The notes under the pieces are model-generated. The model had not been told where the DNA came from, did no database searches, and saw only the letters and a program-made list of their open reading frames with translations. Source: a virus. From it: a DNA stretch of 64,000 bases. The translations under genes and the position numbers were made by a program. Of this stretch, positions 51,379-60,585 are shown piece after piece (position 1 is the stretch's first letter; each line of letters starts with the position of its first letter). Location: the IMG/VR virus record IMGVR_UViG_3300035698_018653, positions 62,907 through 126,906 of that record; one strand, given 5' to 3'.

Positions 51379-52761
51379 ATGGCGACTCCAGAGAAAAGAA
51401 AGGGGAAGTACAATCTTAAATTTGAGCTGTCTGTACTGAAAGCTATGTATCAAAACATATCTTTCTTGAGAGACGCCATGCTGAAAAATGTGAAGGTAGA
51501 GTATTTTGCCGATAGTGCGCATAGGAATATGTTTATATTTATGAGTGAGTTCTATAGGGCGAAAAAGTCATTGCCTTCGAGAGATGCGCTAGTATCTATA
51601 ATAAAAAGTAGGATCAAGAAAAGGAATCACAGAACATACGCACGTATGTTATCTAAGATGCGCAAAGATATGTCCGAGAGGGATGAAGAGAATTTTAATT
51701 ATTATTTAGAGCAATTGGGTAAGCTGTATAGGATTAGGAAAATCCAATATGAAACAAAAAAGATTGTAAGGGTAATAGCGAGTGATGATGAGGAATTTAC
51801 AGACGATAAGTTTGAGCAAATAAAAGGTATCTCCAGGAATATACTGGGTACTGCTTTGGAGGAAAATGATAATGCTTCGAATGAAGGCACGCCGTTTGAT
51901 GATTTAAAAGAACGCAAGAGGTTGATAATTAAAAAGAAAAAGTTTCCAGAATTATTTCAAGCAATACCCACTGGCATTGCTGATCTTGATAAAGTAATTG
52001 ACGGTTGGATGCCAAGTGAATTTAATTATGTAGATGGAGGAACAAAAACCGGCAAGAGTACATTTTTACTTCAGTGCGGATTTCACCCAGCGGTACACAT
52101 GGGGTACGAAGTGTATCATTTTACAATCGAGATGAGCAAATGGAAAGCAGAGACAAGGTTTGACAGCAGGCTGACCGGCATACCATATAATAAATTTAAG
52201 AATGGAACCATAAATAAAAAAGAGTGGAATAGTTGGCAGGAGAAAGTCAAGCGCTACAGGGAGAAGGGTGGAGAATACAGGGTGATTTCTTTTGATCGTG
52301 GCTGTACGGTCTTTGATATAGACCATAAAGCCGATGATATCATGCAGCGAACCGGTAAGGCTCCGAAGTTAATAGTGGTTGATTATATGAATGACATAAA
52401 ACCAATAGGTAATTTTACAACAAGTAAAGACTGGCAAGCAATAGGGAGTATATCCTGGGATATGAAAATGTTAAGTCAATCTTTTAATGACGGTAATGGA
52501 GTGTCTATTCTTACCGCTTCCCAGGCAAAGGAGGGTGGCGGTACAGCTTTTTCTCCGCTCCCTGCTCAGCACGCCACGATACACTTGGAATTAATAAGAG
52601 ATGATGATTTTGATTTATACGGGAAGATGTTTGTCAATGTTAAAAATAACAGGGATGGGCCAGCCGGTATTCGTGTACCAACATATCCGAATTTTCAATG
52701 TTACAAATTTCATTCTTTGCGAAAGAAAGCAGAGTTTGAAGATTTGGGAGATGATGACTAA
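51379..52761 (+). CDS. dnaB: Replicative DnaB-like helicase
   Basis: IPTGI..LD..I.G, GGTKTGKS, FTIEMS, IVVDY, ASQ, KNNRDG. Confidence 0.9.
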   Translation: MATPEKRKGKYNLKFELSVLKAMYQNISFLRDAMLKNVKVEYFADSAHRNMFIFMSEFYRAKKSLPSRDALVSIIKSRIKKRNHRTYARMLSKMRKDMSERDEENFNYYLEQLGKLYRIRKIQYETKKIVRVIASDDEEFTDDKFEQIKGISRNILGTALEENDNASNEGTPFDDLKERKRLIIKKKKFPELFQAIPTGIADLDKVIDGWMPSEFNYVDGGTKTGKSTFLLQCGFHPAVHMGYEVYHFTIEMSKWKAETRFDSRLTGIPYNKFKNGTINKKEWNSWQEKVKRYREKGGEYRVISFDRGCTVFDIDHKADDIMQRTGKAPKLIVVDYMNDIKPIGNFTTSKDWQAIGSISWDMKMLSQSFNDGNGVSILTASQAKEGGGTAFSPLPAQHATIHLELIRDDDFDLYGKMFVNVKNNRDGPAGIRVPTYPNFQCYKFHSLRKKAEFEDLGDDD

Positions 52762-53705
52762 TGGACTACACCTTAAAAGAATTTGTAAAAAAACACTTTC
52801 TGAAATATACAGAGGACAAAGATAATTTCAAGGTAATCTGTTGCTTCCATGAAGATAGCAACCCCTCGTTATGCGTCAACAAAAGGGGCAGGATTAAAAA
52901 CAAAAAGTATTTGCCTCTTGGTTCATATCATTGTTGGTCTTGCGGTGCGCACGGTAAGTTTAAAGATTTGATAGAGAATTTTGATGAAGACTACGCAGAT
53001 TATGAAGGTGAAAAAATAGATGCAATGGAAAATAGATTATGGAGTGATTTAGACAAAGAGATAGATGGAGTAATGAAAGAGGAAAAGAAATTTAAGATAA
53101 CTGTTCCGTATGGTTTAAAAAGTATACATGAAAAAATGGATAATAAGTATTATGAATATTTGGTCAGCCGGGGAATAAAACTAGAAACAATAAAATATTT
53201 TAATATAGGGTATGTTTCAAATAAGCTTTCAAGGTACTGCGGGCGTATAGTGATTCCAATTACTTTAAATAACAAGAAAAGATTTATATTTCCAGAAGCT
53301 CGTGCGATAGATAAAAGAAAGAAACAGAAGTACATGAGACCGGAAGGAATTCAAGTAAAGAACTTTCTATTTAATTATTATAGCGCACGCAGGGCACAGC
53401 ACGTGATAGTGGTTGAGGGCGTGTTCTGTGCCCTATCGCTCTGGCAGTGGAGGTATAACGCAGTATGCTCCTTTAACCCTCAGCTGAGTGATAGGCAGGC
53501 TGATTTACTTCAGAGATTTGACAAGATAATATTTGCGTATGATAATGATGGCGCAGGAGAGAAAGGATTAAAAGATTCACTTGAAATAATGCAAGGGAAG
53601 GGAATAGAATTATATAAAATTGAATTGCCTGAAAATAGAGATATTAATAACATGAAAAAAAAGGAATTTAGATTGATCATGAAAAGAAAAAAGAGGGTGT
53701 ATTAA
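52761..53705 (+). CDS. dnaG: DNA primase (CHC2 Zn finger + TOPRIM)
   Basis: CCFHEDSNPS..HCWSCG, RIVIPI, KY, VVEG, YDNDGAG, DIN. Confidence 0.9.
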   Translation: MDYTLKEFVKKHFLKYTEDKDNFKVICCFHEDSNPSLCVNKRGRIKNKKYLPLGSYHCWSCGAHGKFKDLIENFDEDYADYEGEKIDAMENRLWSDLDKEIDGVMKEEKKFKITVPYGLKSIHEKMDNKYYEYLVSRGIKLETIKYFNIGYVSNKLSRYCGRIVIPITLNNKKRFIFPEARAIDKRKKQKYMRPEGIQVKNFLFNYYSARRAQHVIVVEGVFCALSLWQWRYNAVCSFNPQLSDRQADLLQRFDKIIFAYDNDGAGEKGLKDSLEIMQGKGIELYKIELPENRDINNMKKKEFRLIMKRKKRVY

Positions 53706-54096
53706 ATCTTTAAAAAGGGAGTTTTGTAATGAAAAAGAAAAGTGATCAAGGTTTCAGTTTATGGGGACTTTCAAAATATTACAATAGATATCGAAAAGGA
53801 ATAGACGCATTAATAGAAAATACTTTTAGTACTTTTACGATTGAATGCCAGGGTACAATAAATAATCCATTAAGATTATGGAAAATATATGATACTAGGG
53901 TTAATTTAAATAAGCTAACAAAAAAGGAAAAATCTTGTAAGAGTTTAATGTATTGTCAGGCCGATTGGATATGGTCTGCAATGATACATTTTTATAAAGA
54001 TGGATGGAGAAATATTGATGGAAAAATTCTTTGTAAATTTTGTGTAAAAGATTATAAAGAGCTTAAAAAAAGTAATAAGAAAAAAGGAAAATAAGT

Positions 54097-54273
54097 ATGT
54101 ACTCTAGGAAAAATAAGCACGGAAAATCTATGACGTATATCGGATTTGAAGTAGAGAAAAATGTGCGTAAAAAGTTTGAGAAATTACTGAAAAAAAGAGG
54201 TAAAAATATAAGTGATATTTTAAGAGAATTTATTAATGGGGAGATAGAAAATATTGAAAAACGGTTAAAATAG
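54097..54273 (+). CDS. Unlisted 58-aa ribbon-helix-helix-like regulator
   Basis: TYIGFEV....RKKFE......G.NISDILREFI; just upstream of the 54.3-54.6 kb control region. Confidence 0.6.
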   Translation: MYSRKNKHGKSMTYIGFEVEKNVRKKFEKLLKKRGKNISDILREFINGEIENIEKRLK

Positions 54274-54391
54274 CGGTGATTTCAGGTACAATTTACGAAA
54301 ACTTATATGTTCATAAGTATAATAAAAACAGTAACTTATGAAAAGTTGTAAGTTTTTTTTTAAATTATTTTTAAAATATCTCATTTTTTCC

Positions 54392-54580
54392 TTTACAGTT
54401 AAACAAGAAATTGTTAATTTATATAATAGTTAAACGAAACGCTCTTTAAAAAATCGGTTCGGAAGTACGGCCAACCAAACGGCGCTGGGAAAACACCGAG
54501 AAAAAAAAAGAAATTAAAAAAGAGTTAGCTTTCTTTTTCTTATAGTGGCGCTTCTGAGAAATCAAGAGCGCTACAATAAG
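54392..54580 (+). promoter_or_regulatory. Putative early promoter and leader with boxA and GAAA-loop hairpin
   Basis: TATAAT at 54422; CGCTCTTTAAAAA at 54440-54452; hairpin ~54539-54580 with TGA-GAAA-TCA apex. Confidence 0.55.
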
Positions 54581-55289
54581 TAAACTAAATTATTCATTTT
54601 TAATAGGAGTTAGAAATGAGAATTAAAAGAGGGCTGTTCAAGGGCGCAAAGTTGGAAGAGGTTTATAAGTGTGATACAGGCGAATATAGAACTACTGACC
54701 CTTGCTTTTGTACCAGAAATCCCACTTTGCAAAGCTTACGCACTAGCAGAAAAACATGGTCAATTAGGTGGGACATAAAACACGACAGAATTGATACTAA
54801 AGATTTAATTGTAAGAATTCTTTATTATACGGCAAAGCGAACAAGAAAAAGTATGCGATATGAGGTTGATATAGTTACAACTTGGGAAAATTGCCTTACT
54901 ACTTTTACTAGTCATTTAATTTAATTAAAATATAAAGAGATTGCGTAAAATGTCCTTGGTAGGCAACAAGCGTTTGAAGATAGGACGAGGTTCGATTCCT
55001 CTACTTAAATATTGCGCTGGCGTAATCTTTTAAAATAAAGGAGTTAGAAATGAAAGAGTTAGAATGGAAATCGAAAGATGCGTATGAAATTGAAGCAAAA
55101 AGTAATAGATTTTTAGAGAAGTATAATATTGAATATTGTACTATAAGTTGTTTAAACACTTTAAGCATTATTGGTGGGAGTAATAATAAAAAATATATTG
55201 GACAATTTGAAAAATTAGTTAACGCTCAGCAAGTTGCAGGGATGATTGATAATGGATAATTAATTTAACCTTTTAAATAGGAGTTAAAG

Positions 55290-55586
55290 ATGAAAGTATC
55301 TGTCAGTATAATGGGTATGGATTGTACGAATAACGGAGTAACTTCCGGGAAAGAAAATGCTCTATTAATAGTTAATGAAGAGATTGATGAAAATCAGGAT
55401 TCGTTTGTTGGTGATATTCCGGTTTTAAAAATTGTTAGTGGGAGGGGCGGTAGAGAATATATAGCTGTTCCGGTTAAGGCTGGAAAAAATGAATACCCTA
55501 TGTTTGGTGGACAGTTTATTTATACTTCAGATTCAAGATTTCCTTTTTCTAATCCTATTCACGTTCATGATCGGTATGAAAAATAA
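55290..55586 (+). CDS. Small phage early-type protein
   Basis: DCTNNGVTS...MFGG.FIYTSDSRF....I.VHDRYE. Confidence 0.65.
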   Translation: MKVSVSIMGMDCTNNGVTSGKENALLIVNEEIDENQDSFVGDIPVLKIVSGRGGREYIAVPVKAGKNEYPMFGGQFIYTSDSRFPFSNPIHVHDRYEK

Positions 55587-55607
55587 ACCTTTAAAGGAGT
55601 TAGAAAA

Positions 55608-56123
55608 ATGAATAAACCAAATTTAAAGGATTATAAAGAATATAATTGTTGGTATGATGATACTTTAGTTTGGGATCAGTACGGATACTGGCATGAAAAC
55701 ACTAGCGCGAATGGTCCTGCTTGGTTTACTCCAGCGTTTATAAAAGAATCAAAGCAAATAGCAAAGAGTTTGATTGAGTCTGATATTCAATTATGGTATA
55801 AAACGAAAAAAGAAAAGAATGGAAAGTGGAGCGCAGAATGGATAACGTATGACAAAGCAAATAAATATATTTATTTTCAATGTGGTGTTAGTGAGTGCAC
55901 AAGCGAGAGCAGAGCAGAAGATTATGTAAGAGATCGTCACAGCACTCATAAGCGTCTTTATGGCGGCGTGATAGATGCGATGCTAGTATATAAGCGTACT
56001 GGGGTTGCTTGCTTACCGGACTGGAATACAAATAAAAGCGATAGTTTTGGATATAAAGACGGAGAGAAAAACGAAGTGCCGAGAGCAAGTGAAGTAAGAA
56101 AGAAAAAGGTTTTAATAGCCTAA
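55608..56123 (+). CDS. Hypothetical protein ending KKKVLIA
   Basis: AAGGAGTTAG RBS; ORF track. Confidence 0.7.
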   Translation: MNKPNLKDYKEYNCWYDDTLVWDQYGYWHENTSANGPAWFTPAFIKESKQIAKSLIESDIQLWYKTKKEKNGKWSAEWITYDKANKYIYFQCGVSECTSESRAEDYVRDRHSTHKRLYGGVIDAMLVYKRTGVACLPDWNTNKSDSFGYKDGEKNEVPRASEVRKKKVLIA

Positions 56124-56379
56124 AAAGGAGGAATAAATCAAAAACGTATTTTATACCAATTACGGGAATGAAGGAATTGAATTAAGTATAGATGGAAAGC
56201 TTTATTATTATCCTGTACGGAGATCATTAACCGATAAAGCAATTAAAATATTGGAAAAAGGAGGAACTTATAAAGCGGTAAACTATCTCAAAAAATTTCA
56301 CAAAGGAGTTGATAGAAGTAAGAAGCACTATAACGAAAAAGTTGTAAAAGAAATCTTAAATAAAATAAGGAGTTAGTTT

Positions 56380-56631
56380 ATGGAAAAACCAAAGTATACC
56401 CCAGGGCCATGGAGAGTAAGTGGAAATAAGGTAGATGGAAATGGCTATCATATAGTATCTGTTAATGGTTGTCGAACAACAGAGGGTATAGCAAACGCAA
56501 ACTTGATCGCAGCAGCTCCGGACTTACTGAAAACCTGTAAACAGTTACTAGATTATTATAATGGCGAAGCTAATATCAACGGTACTGCCCGTATTGCTAT
56601 GCTAACCGTAGCTATTGAAAAAGCAGAATAA
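56380..56631 (+). CDS. Small phage protein of the TPGPW...ANA.LIAAAPDLL type
   Basis: Recognisable motif; RBS; followed by terminator. Confidence 0.75.
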   Translation: MEKPKYTPGPWRVSGNKVDGNGYHIVSVNGCRTTEGIANANLIAAAPDLLKTCKQLLDYYNGEANINGTARIAMLTVAIEKAE

Positions 56632-56642
56632 ATAAATCAAAT

Positions 56643-56672
56643 AAAGAGGGGGTGTAAAAGCCCCCTCTTTTA
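56643..56672 (+). terminator. Intrinsic terminator (possibly bidirectional)
   Basis: AAAGAGGGGG / CCCCCTCTTT. Confidence 0.75.
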
Positions 56673-57177
56673 TAACCTCAAACTAAGGAGTTAGTAAAAT
56701 GGAATTTGACGATATTAAATTAATTGATTTAATTATACCAGACGATAAAGAAAGAATAATAAAAGAAATTAAAGAAATAAATAAAATGGACTGGGATGAA
56801 GTTTTTAAAAGAGTCAGAATAATTAATTTTATTATTTCAGTTATCAGATATTAAACAAAAATAAAATCTCAAAATAAGGAGCTACAAAATGAAATACGAT
56901 GCACTCGCCATACTGCAAGATATACTGATGATCGTAGGTACTATTCCGAAACTGGCCATGGACGAACTGAACGCCTGGAAAAAGAAGTATGATTTTGTAG
57001 GAATGAAAAATAAAGATATCCTCAAGCATAAGCTATATCTGAAAACCGTCACTTCCAATAATAAGTGGCACTGGAAGTTCAGCTTCAAAAACTTTTTAAT
57101 TATTTCCAGGGAATATTATCTCAATGCAAAAGTATTTCATGCAGAGAAAGTATTTTCCATTTTCTAAATGAAAATAT

Positions 57178-57253
57178 GCCCCTGTATCCTAACGAATAGG
57201 GAAACTGTCTTCTAAACAGTTACGTCTCGGTTTGAATCCGGGCAGGGGCACCA
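57178..57253 (+). tRNA. tRNA-Arg (anticodon TCT)
   Basis: Acceptor GCCCCTG/CAGGGGC + ACCA; anticodon arm ACTGT-CTTCTAA-ACAGT; T arm CTCGG-TTTGAAT-CCGGG. Confidence 0.9.
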
Positions 57254-57712
57254 TTTTAAAAAGGAGTTAAATAAATGTATATGAAATATATTGTAATAGA
57301 AATATTGGGACAAGAAAGAGTTTTTATTTTTCAAAAAGAAATACAGCATGGTGACCTTTGGCAAACACTAAGAGAAAATTATAATCCTCAAGAAGTAGGG
57401 TTAGTAAGCGCCGGACAGATTTTATATAAAAAGGAAAGAGGTTTTATTTGTACCGGCGAAAGTCTGACCTTAGAAATAAAGTCAAGAAAGGAAATAGATA
57501 CAGAATTATTAATGAAGCAATTTGAAATATAAAGGATAACAATAAAATATGAAACAAACTAAAATAACGAAACAGAAAGGGGCGCTACAAAGATTAGAGT
57601 TAAATAGAAAAAGAATGGAGGACAATATATATTGGGATGACGAATATAAAAAAAAATACTTTAAAAAAGTTGACAAGGAAATAGAAACCTTAAGGAATAA
57701 AATAGGAGTGTT

Positions 57713-57910
57713 ATGAACTTCTTAAAAAATCTTTTTAAAAGGAGAGATAAAGTAAAAAGAGTTTGCGATACAGATCCAGAGCTGGATAGATTATTAAAAA
57801 GGCATTGTGAAAAAATAAAGAGAAGAAAGATATTTGCTAATATAGGAAGGAATAGTAAGTGCCCGTGTTTATCTGGAAAAAAATATAAACACTGCTGCTT
57901 AAATAAATAA
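57713..57910 (+). CDS. SEC-C motif protein
   Basis: IGRNSKCPCLSGKKYKHCC. Confidence 0.85.
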   Translation: MNFLKNLFKRRDKVKRVCDTDPELDRLLKRHCEKIKRRKIFANIGRNSKCPCLSGKKYKHCCLNK

Positions 57911-57921
57911 AGGAGTTAGTT

Positions 57922-58266
57922 ATGAGTAAAGTATGGAAAATATTTTTGAGAAATAAGTGTAGTGAGATTGCAGGAAAAATTAAAGTTTTATTACTTTCAA
58001 TAATTGTTGCAATAGTTATTGGCGCTATACTAACTGTTATTTGGTTTTGTATTGGGTATGGAGTATATAAATTACTTCCTATGTTTTATGCCTGGCTAGG
58101 ACATCCAGCAGATTTTGAAAATTTAATGGGAACAGGTATTGGGCTTTCAATTCTTATATTAGGACCTTCTTTTTTGTCATATTATTTATTTTATGATTGG
58201 CCAAAACAATTTAAAGAATGGATTGCTGATAATTGGATTAAAGCCAAAAGAGAAGCATTAAAATAA
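57922..58266 (+). CDS. Membrane protein (two hydrophobic segments)
   Basis: Hydrophobic stretches; AAGGAGTTAG RBS. Confidence 0.65.
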   Translation: MSKVWKIFLRNKCSEIAGKIKVLLLSIIVAIVIGAILTVIWFCIGYGVYKLLPMFYAWLGHPADFENLMGTGIGLSILILGPSFLSYYLFYDWPKQFKEWIADNWIKAKREALK

Positions 58267-58696
58267 AGGAGCCATTATGATAAAGGGGTTAGAGTTTGCT
58301 GTTTATGTTATACTTGCTTTTTCTATTCTGTATTTAATAGGTAGATTAATTCAAGCTTATTTGATTTATAGAAAAAGAAAAAAGAGTTTGGTTAAAGTAG
58401 TTTGGCCGGATTGTTTTAATGGGTGTGAGGCCGTTGAGCACCTTGGCGTTGGGGAATGTGAAAGTATCTGTCCAGATAAATTTGATAAGGAGTTTAAATA
58501 ATGAAACCTCAAGATCACTGCGATAAAATTAGAAAGGAGTTTGAAGATAAAAGTAGGTATATTCCAGATAATATTGATGGTGTTGATTACGGTTATTATG
58601 CAATAGCATATGGCAAAAAAGTATTTGTAGATAGCTGTACAATGGCTTTATGGATAAAATATGCAAAAGTAAATAAGGTAAAAAAGGAGTTAATAT

Positions 58697-59059
58697 ATGG
58701 CGAGAACAATTGACGTTATATATTTTGATTGCGTATTGATTACTAAGAATGAAGGGGAGAGTAAGCTTACGTCAGATGAGATTATGGATGGCCCAGGTCG
58801 TATCTGTAAGCTGACAGATGAACTCTGTCCTAATAATCGAGGTATAGTTAAGAATGGGCCGATTCCTGAATGTAAGATCAGGGACGAGTTTCATAATGCC
58901 TGGCTTAAGGAGAAAGGGTTTGTTAAGAATGAGAAAGCAGAACAATTCAAAAACAAAAAGGTGTTGATCGTTGATGAACCAATACCGAAAAAGAAAAAGG
59001 TATTAATTGTTGACGAACCAATACCAAAAAAGAAAAAGAAAAAAATACTTATAATGTAG
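58697..59059 (+). CDS. Hypothetical protein with triplicated KK(V/I)LI motif
   Basis: KKVLIVDEPIP x2 then KKKKKKILIM-stop. Confidence 0.7.
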   Translation: MARTIDVIYFDCVLITKNEGESKLTSDEIMDGPGRICKLTDELCPNNRGIVKNGPIPECKIRDEFHNAWLKEKGFVKNEKAEQFKNKKVLIVDEPIPKKKKVLIVDEPIPKKKKKKILIM

Positions 59060-59073
59060 AAAGGGGTTAGGTA

Positions 59074-59907
59074 ATGAAAAAAGAAATAATAGTAAGTAAC
59101 CAGAAGGAGTTTGACAAGATAAAAGAAGTAAAAAAAGACCAGGTAGTTATAATAGAAAATGAAGTAAAATTAAATATTAAGCTTAATGTTTTTGGGGTTT
59201 TAAAGTTAAGGGCTAAAGTTAATTGTAATTGGTATGAAGATAGATATATAGTGGCTTGGGAGAACTCGTCAGTAGAGGCTTGGGAGAACTCGTCAGTAGT
59301 GGCTTGGGAGAACTCGTCAGTAGAGGCTTGGGAGAACTCGTCAGTAGTGGCTCGGGAGAACTCGTCAGTAGAGGCTCGGGGGAACTCGTCAGTAGAGGCT
59401 TGGGGGAACTGTTTGGTAAGATTATGGGATAAAATAAAGAATATATCGATTAATGAATTTTCAGTATGTATAAAGCCTTTTGATTTAAAATTAAATATTA
59501 AAAAATCAAAAACAGCTATTATACAAAATATTAAGCCCCTTAATTTTTTTGAAAGACATGGAATAAAAAAACAAAATAAAATAATTTTATATAAACGTAT
59601 TTCAAAAGATTTTAAAACTCAAGAGGGAACAGAAAATGAGACATTGTGGAAGATAGAGTCAACAGTTGAGCATCCCGATTGGAACCCTAAGGATAGTGAA
59701 TGTGGCGAAGGAAAATTTCATGCCGTGGCAAGGCCTTATTTTGCGGATGAGTTTAGAAGTAAAAAAGACGACATATATATAGCCATAAAGATAAGTATTA
59801 GCGATATATATGAGTGGAAAAATAATCCTAATTATCTACATAAAATAGGCTTTAGGAAAGGATACATATTATACAAATGTAATAAATTTGGGATTAAGAT
59901 AATATAA
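59074..59907 (+). CDS. Octapeptide-repeat (A-W/R-E/G-N-S-S-V-E/V) phage protein
   Basis: Repeat tract; C-terminal LYK.....EC..GKFH domain. Confidence 0.8.
   Translation: MKKEIIVSNQKEFDKIKEVKKDQVVIIENEVKLNIKLNVFGVLKLRAKVNCNWYEDRYIVAWENSSVEAWENSSVVAWENSSVEAWENSSVVARENSSVEARGNSSVEAWGNCLVRLWDKIKNISINEFSVCIKPFDLKLNIKKSKTAIIQNIKPLNFFERHGIKKQNKIILYKRISKDFKTQEGTENETLWKIESTVEHPDWNPKDSECGEGKFHAVARPYFADEFRSKKDDIYIAIKISISDIYEWKNNPNYLHKIGFRKGYILYKCNKFGIKII
59254..59410 (+). repeat. 24-bp coding tandem repeat, about 6.5 copies
   Basis: GCTYGGGRGAACTCGTCAGTAGWG units. Confidence 0.95.
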
Positions 59908-59921
59908 TAAAAGGAGAAATC

Positions 59922-60485
59922 ATGGACAATGTATTTTGTGATTTTGATGACCTAATCGGACTTGCGAAAGATGGCGACAGCGGAGCGTTCGAAGAGGTGG
60001 TCAGAACAGTTGCTTTTGATGATAACGATATTGACACACGCAGGAGAGATAAGGTTGCTTTATATGCAAGAAAGATAAATTATATTGATACTGATGAGGA
60101 TTTAATACAGGATATAAAGCTTAAGATATGGGAGTCCATAAAGAGTTACAACCCAGAGCGTGGAAGCTTCGTATCTTTCTGTTGGATTAATATTAAAAGG
60201 AAGTTAATGGACAAGAAAAATAAATACTTCAGAGATCCATTAAGAAGTTCAGCACCCATGGATAGCTTTCAGTTTGAGGACACCTCCAATGCAACTTTAT
60301 ACAGAGAGGTTTATGTTAAGAAGATACTGGATGATATTGATGGGGATGAATGGATAATGAGTAATCTTTTAATGGCTGGCTGGAGCAGGCGTAAAATTAA
60401 AGGGGTGCTAGGATTTAACGACAGAATGTACAATAAAATGATTGGGCATTTAAGGGATAGTTTTTCATTGGCGTATTGTTTTTGA
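59922..60485 (+). CDS. Sigma-70-family (SigH/ECF-like) factor
   Basis: LI.LAK.GD..AFE, EDLIQD....IW..I..YNPERGSF..F....I region 2; C-terminal HTH-like segment. Confidence 0.75.
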   Translation: MDNVFCDFDDLIGLAKDGDSGAFEEVVRTVAFDDNDIDTRRRDKVALYARKINYIDTDEDLIQDIKLKIWESIKSYNPERGSFVSFCWINIKRKLMDKKNKYFRDPLRSSAPMDSFQFEDTSNATLYREVYVKKILDDIDGDEWIMSNLLMAGWSRRKIKGVLGFNDRMYNKMIGHLRDSFSLAYCF

Positions 60486-60525
60486 AAAAAAAATAAAAAA
60501 AAATCGTTCATTTTATTGTTTTTAT

Positions 60526-60536
60526 CGTATATTGTA
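60526..60536 (+). promoter_or_regulatory. Promoter-like motif variant CGTATATTGTA
   Basis: Intergenic, upstream of 60586. Confidence 0.55.
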
Positions 60537-60585
60537 ATTAAGGAACAGAAATCAATTTAATTAATTTTCAAGAGGAGAAGGAAAG

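Noticed and set aside
57209-57215. Possible amber-suppressor (CTA) anticodon
   Set aside because: The 7-nt loop CTTCTAA centres on TCT (Arg)
59254-59410. CRISPR array or DGR template/variable repeat
   Set aside because: Contiguous in-frame units with no spacers; no reverse transcriptase or cas gene recognised in the window
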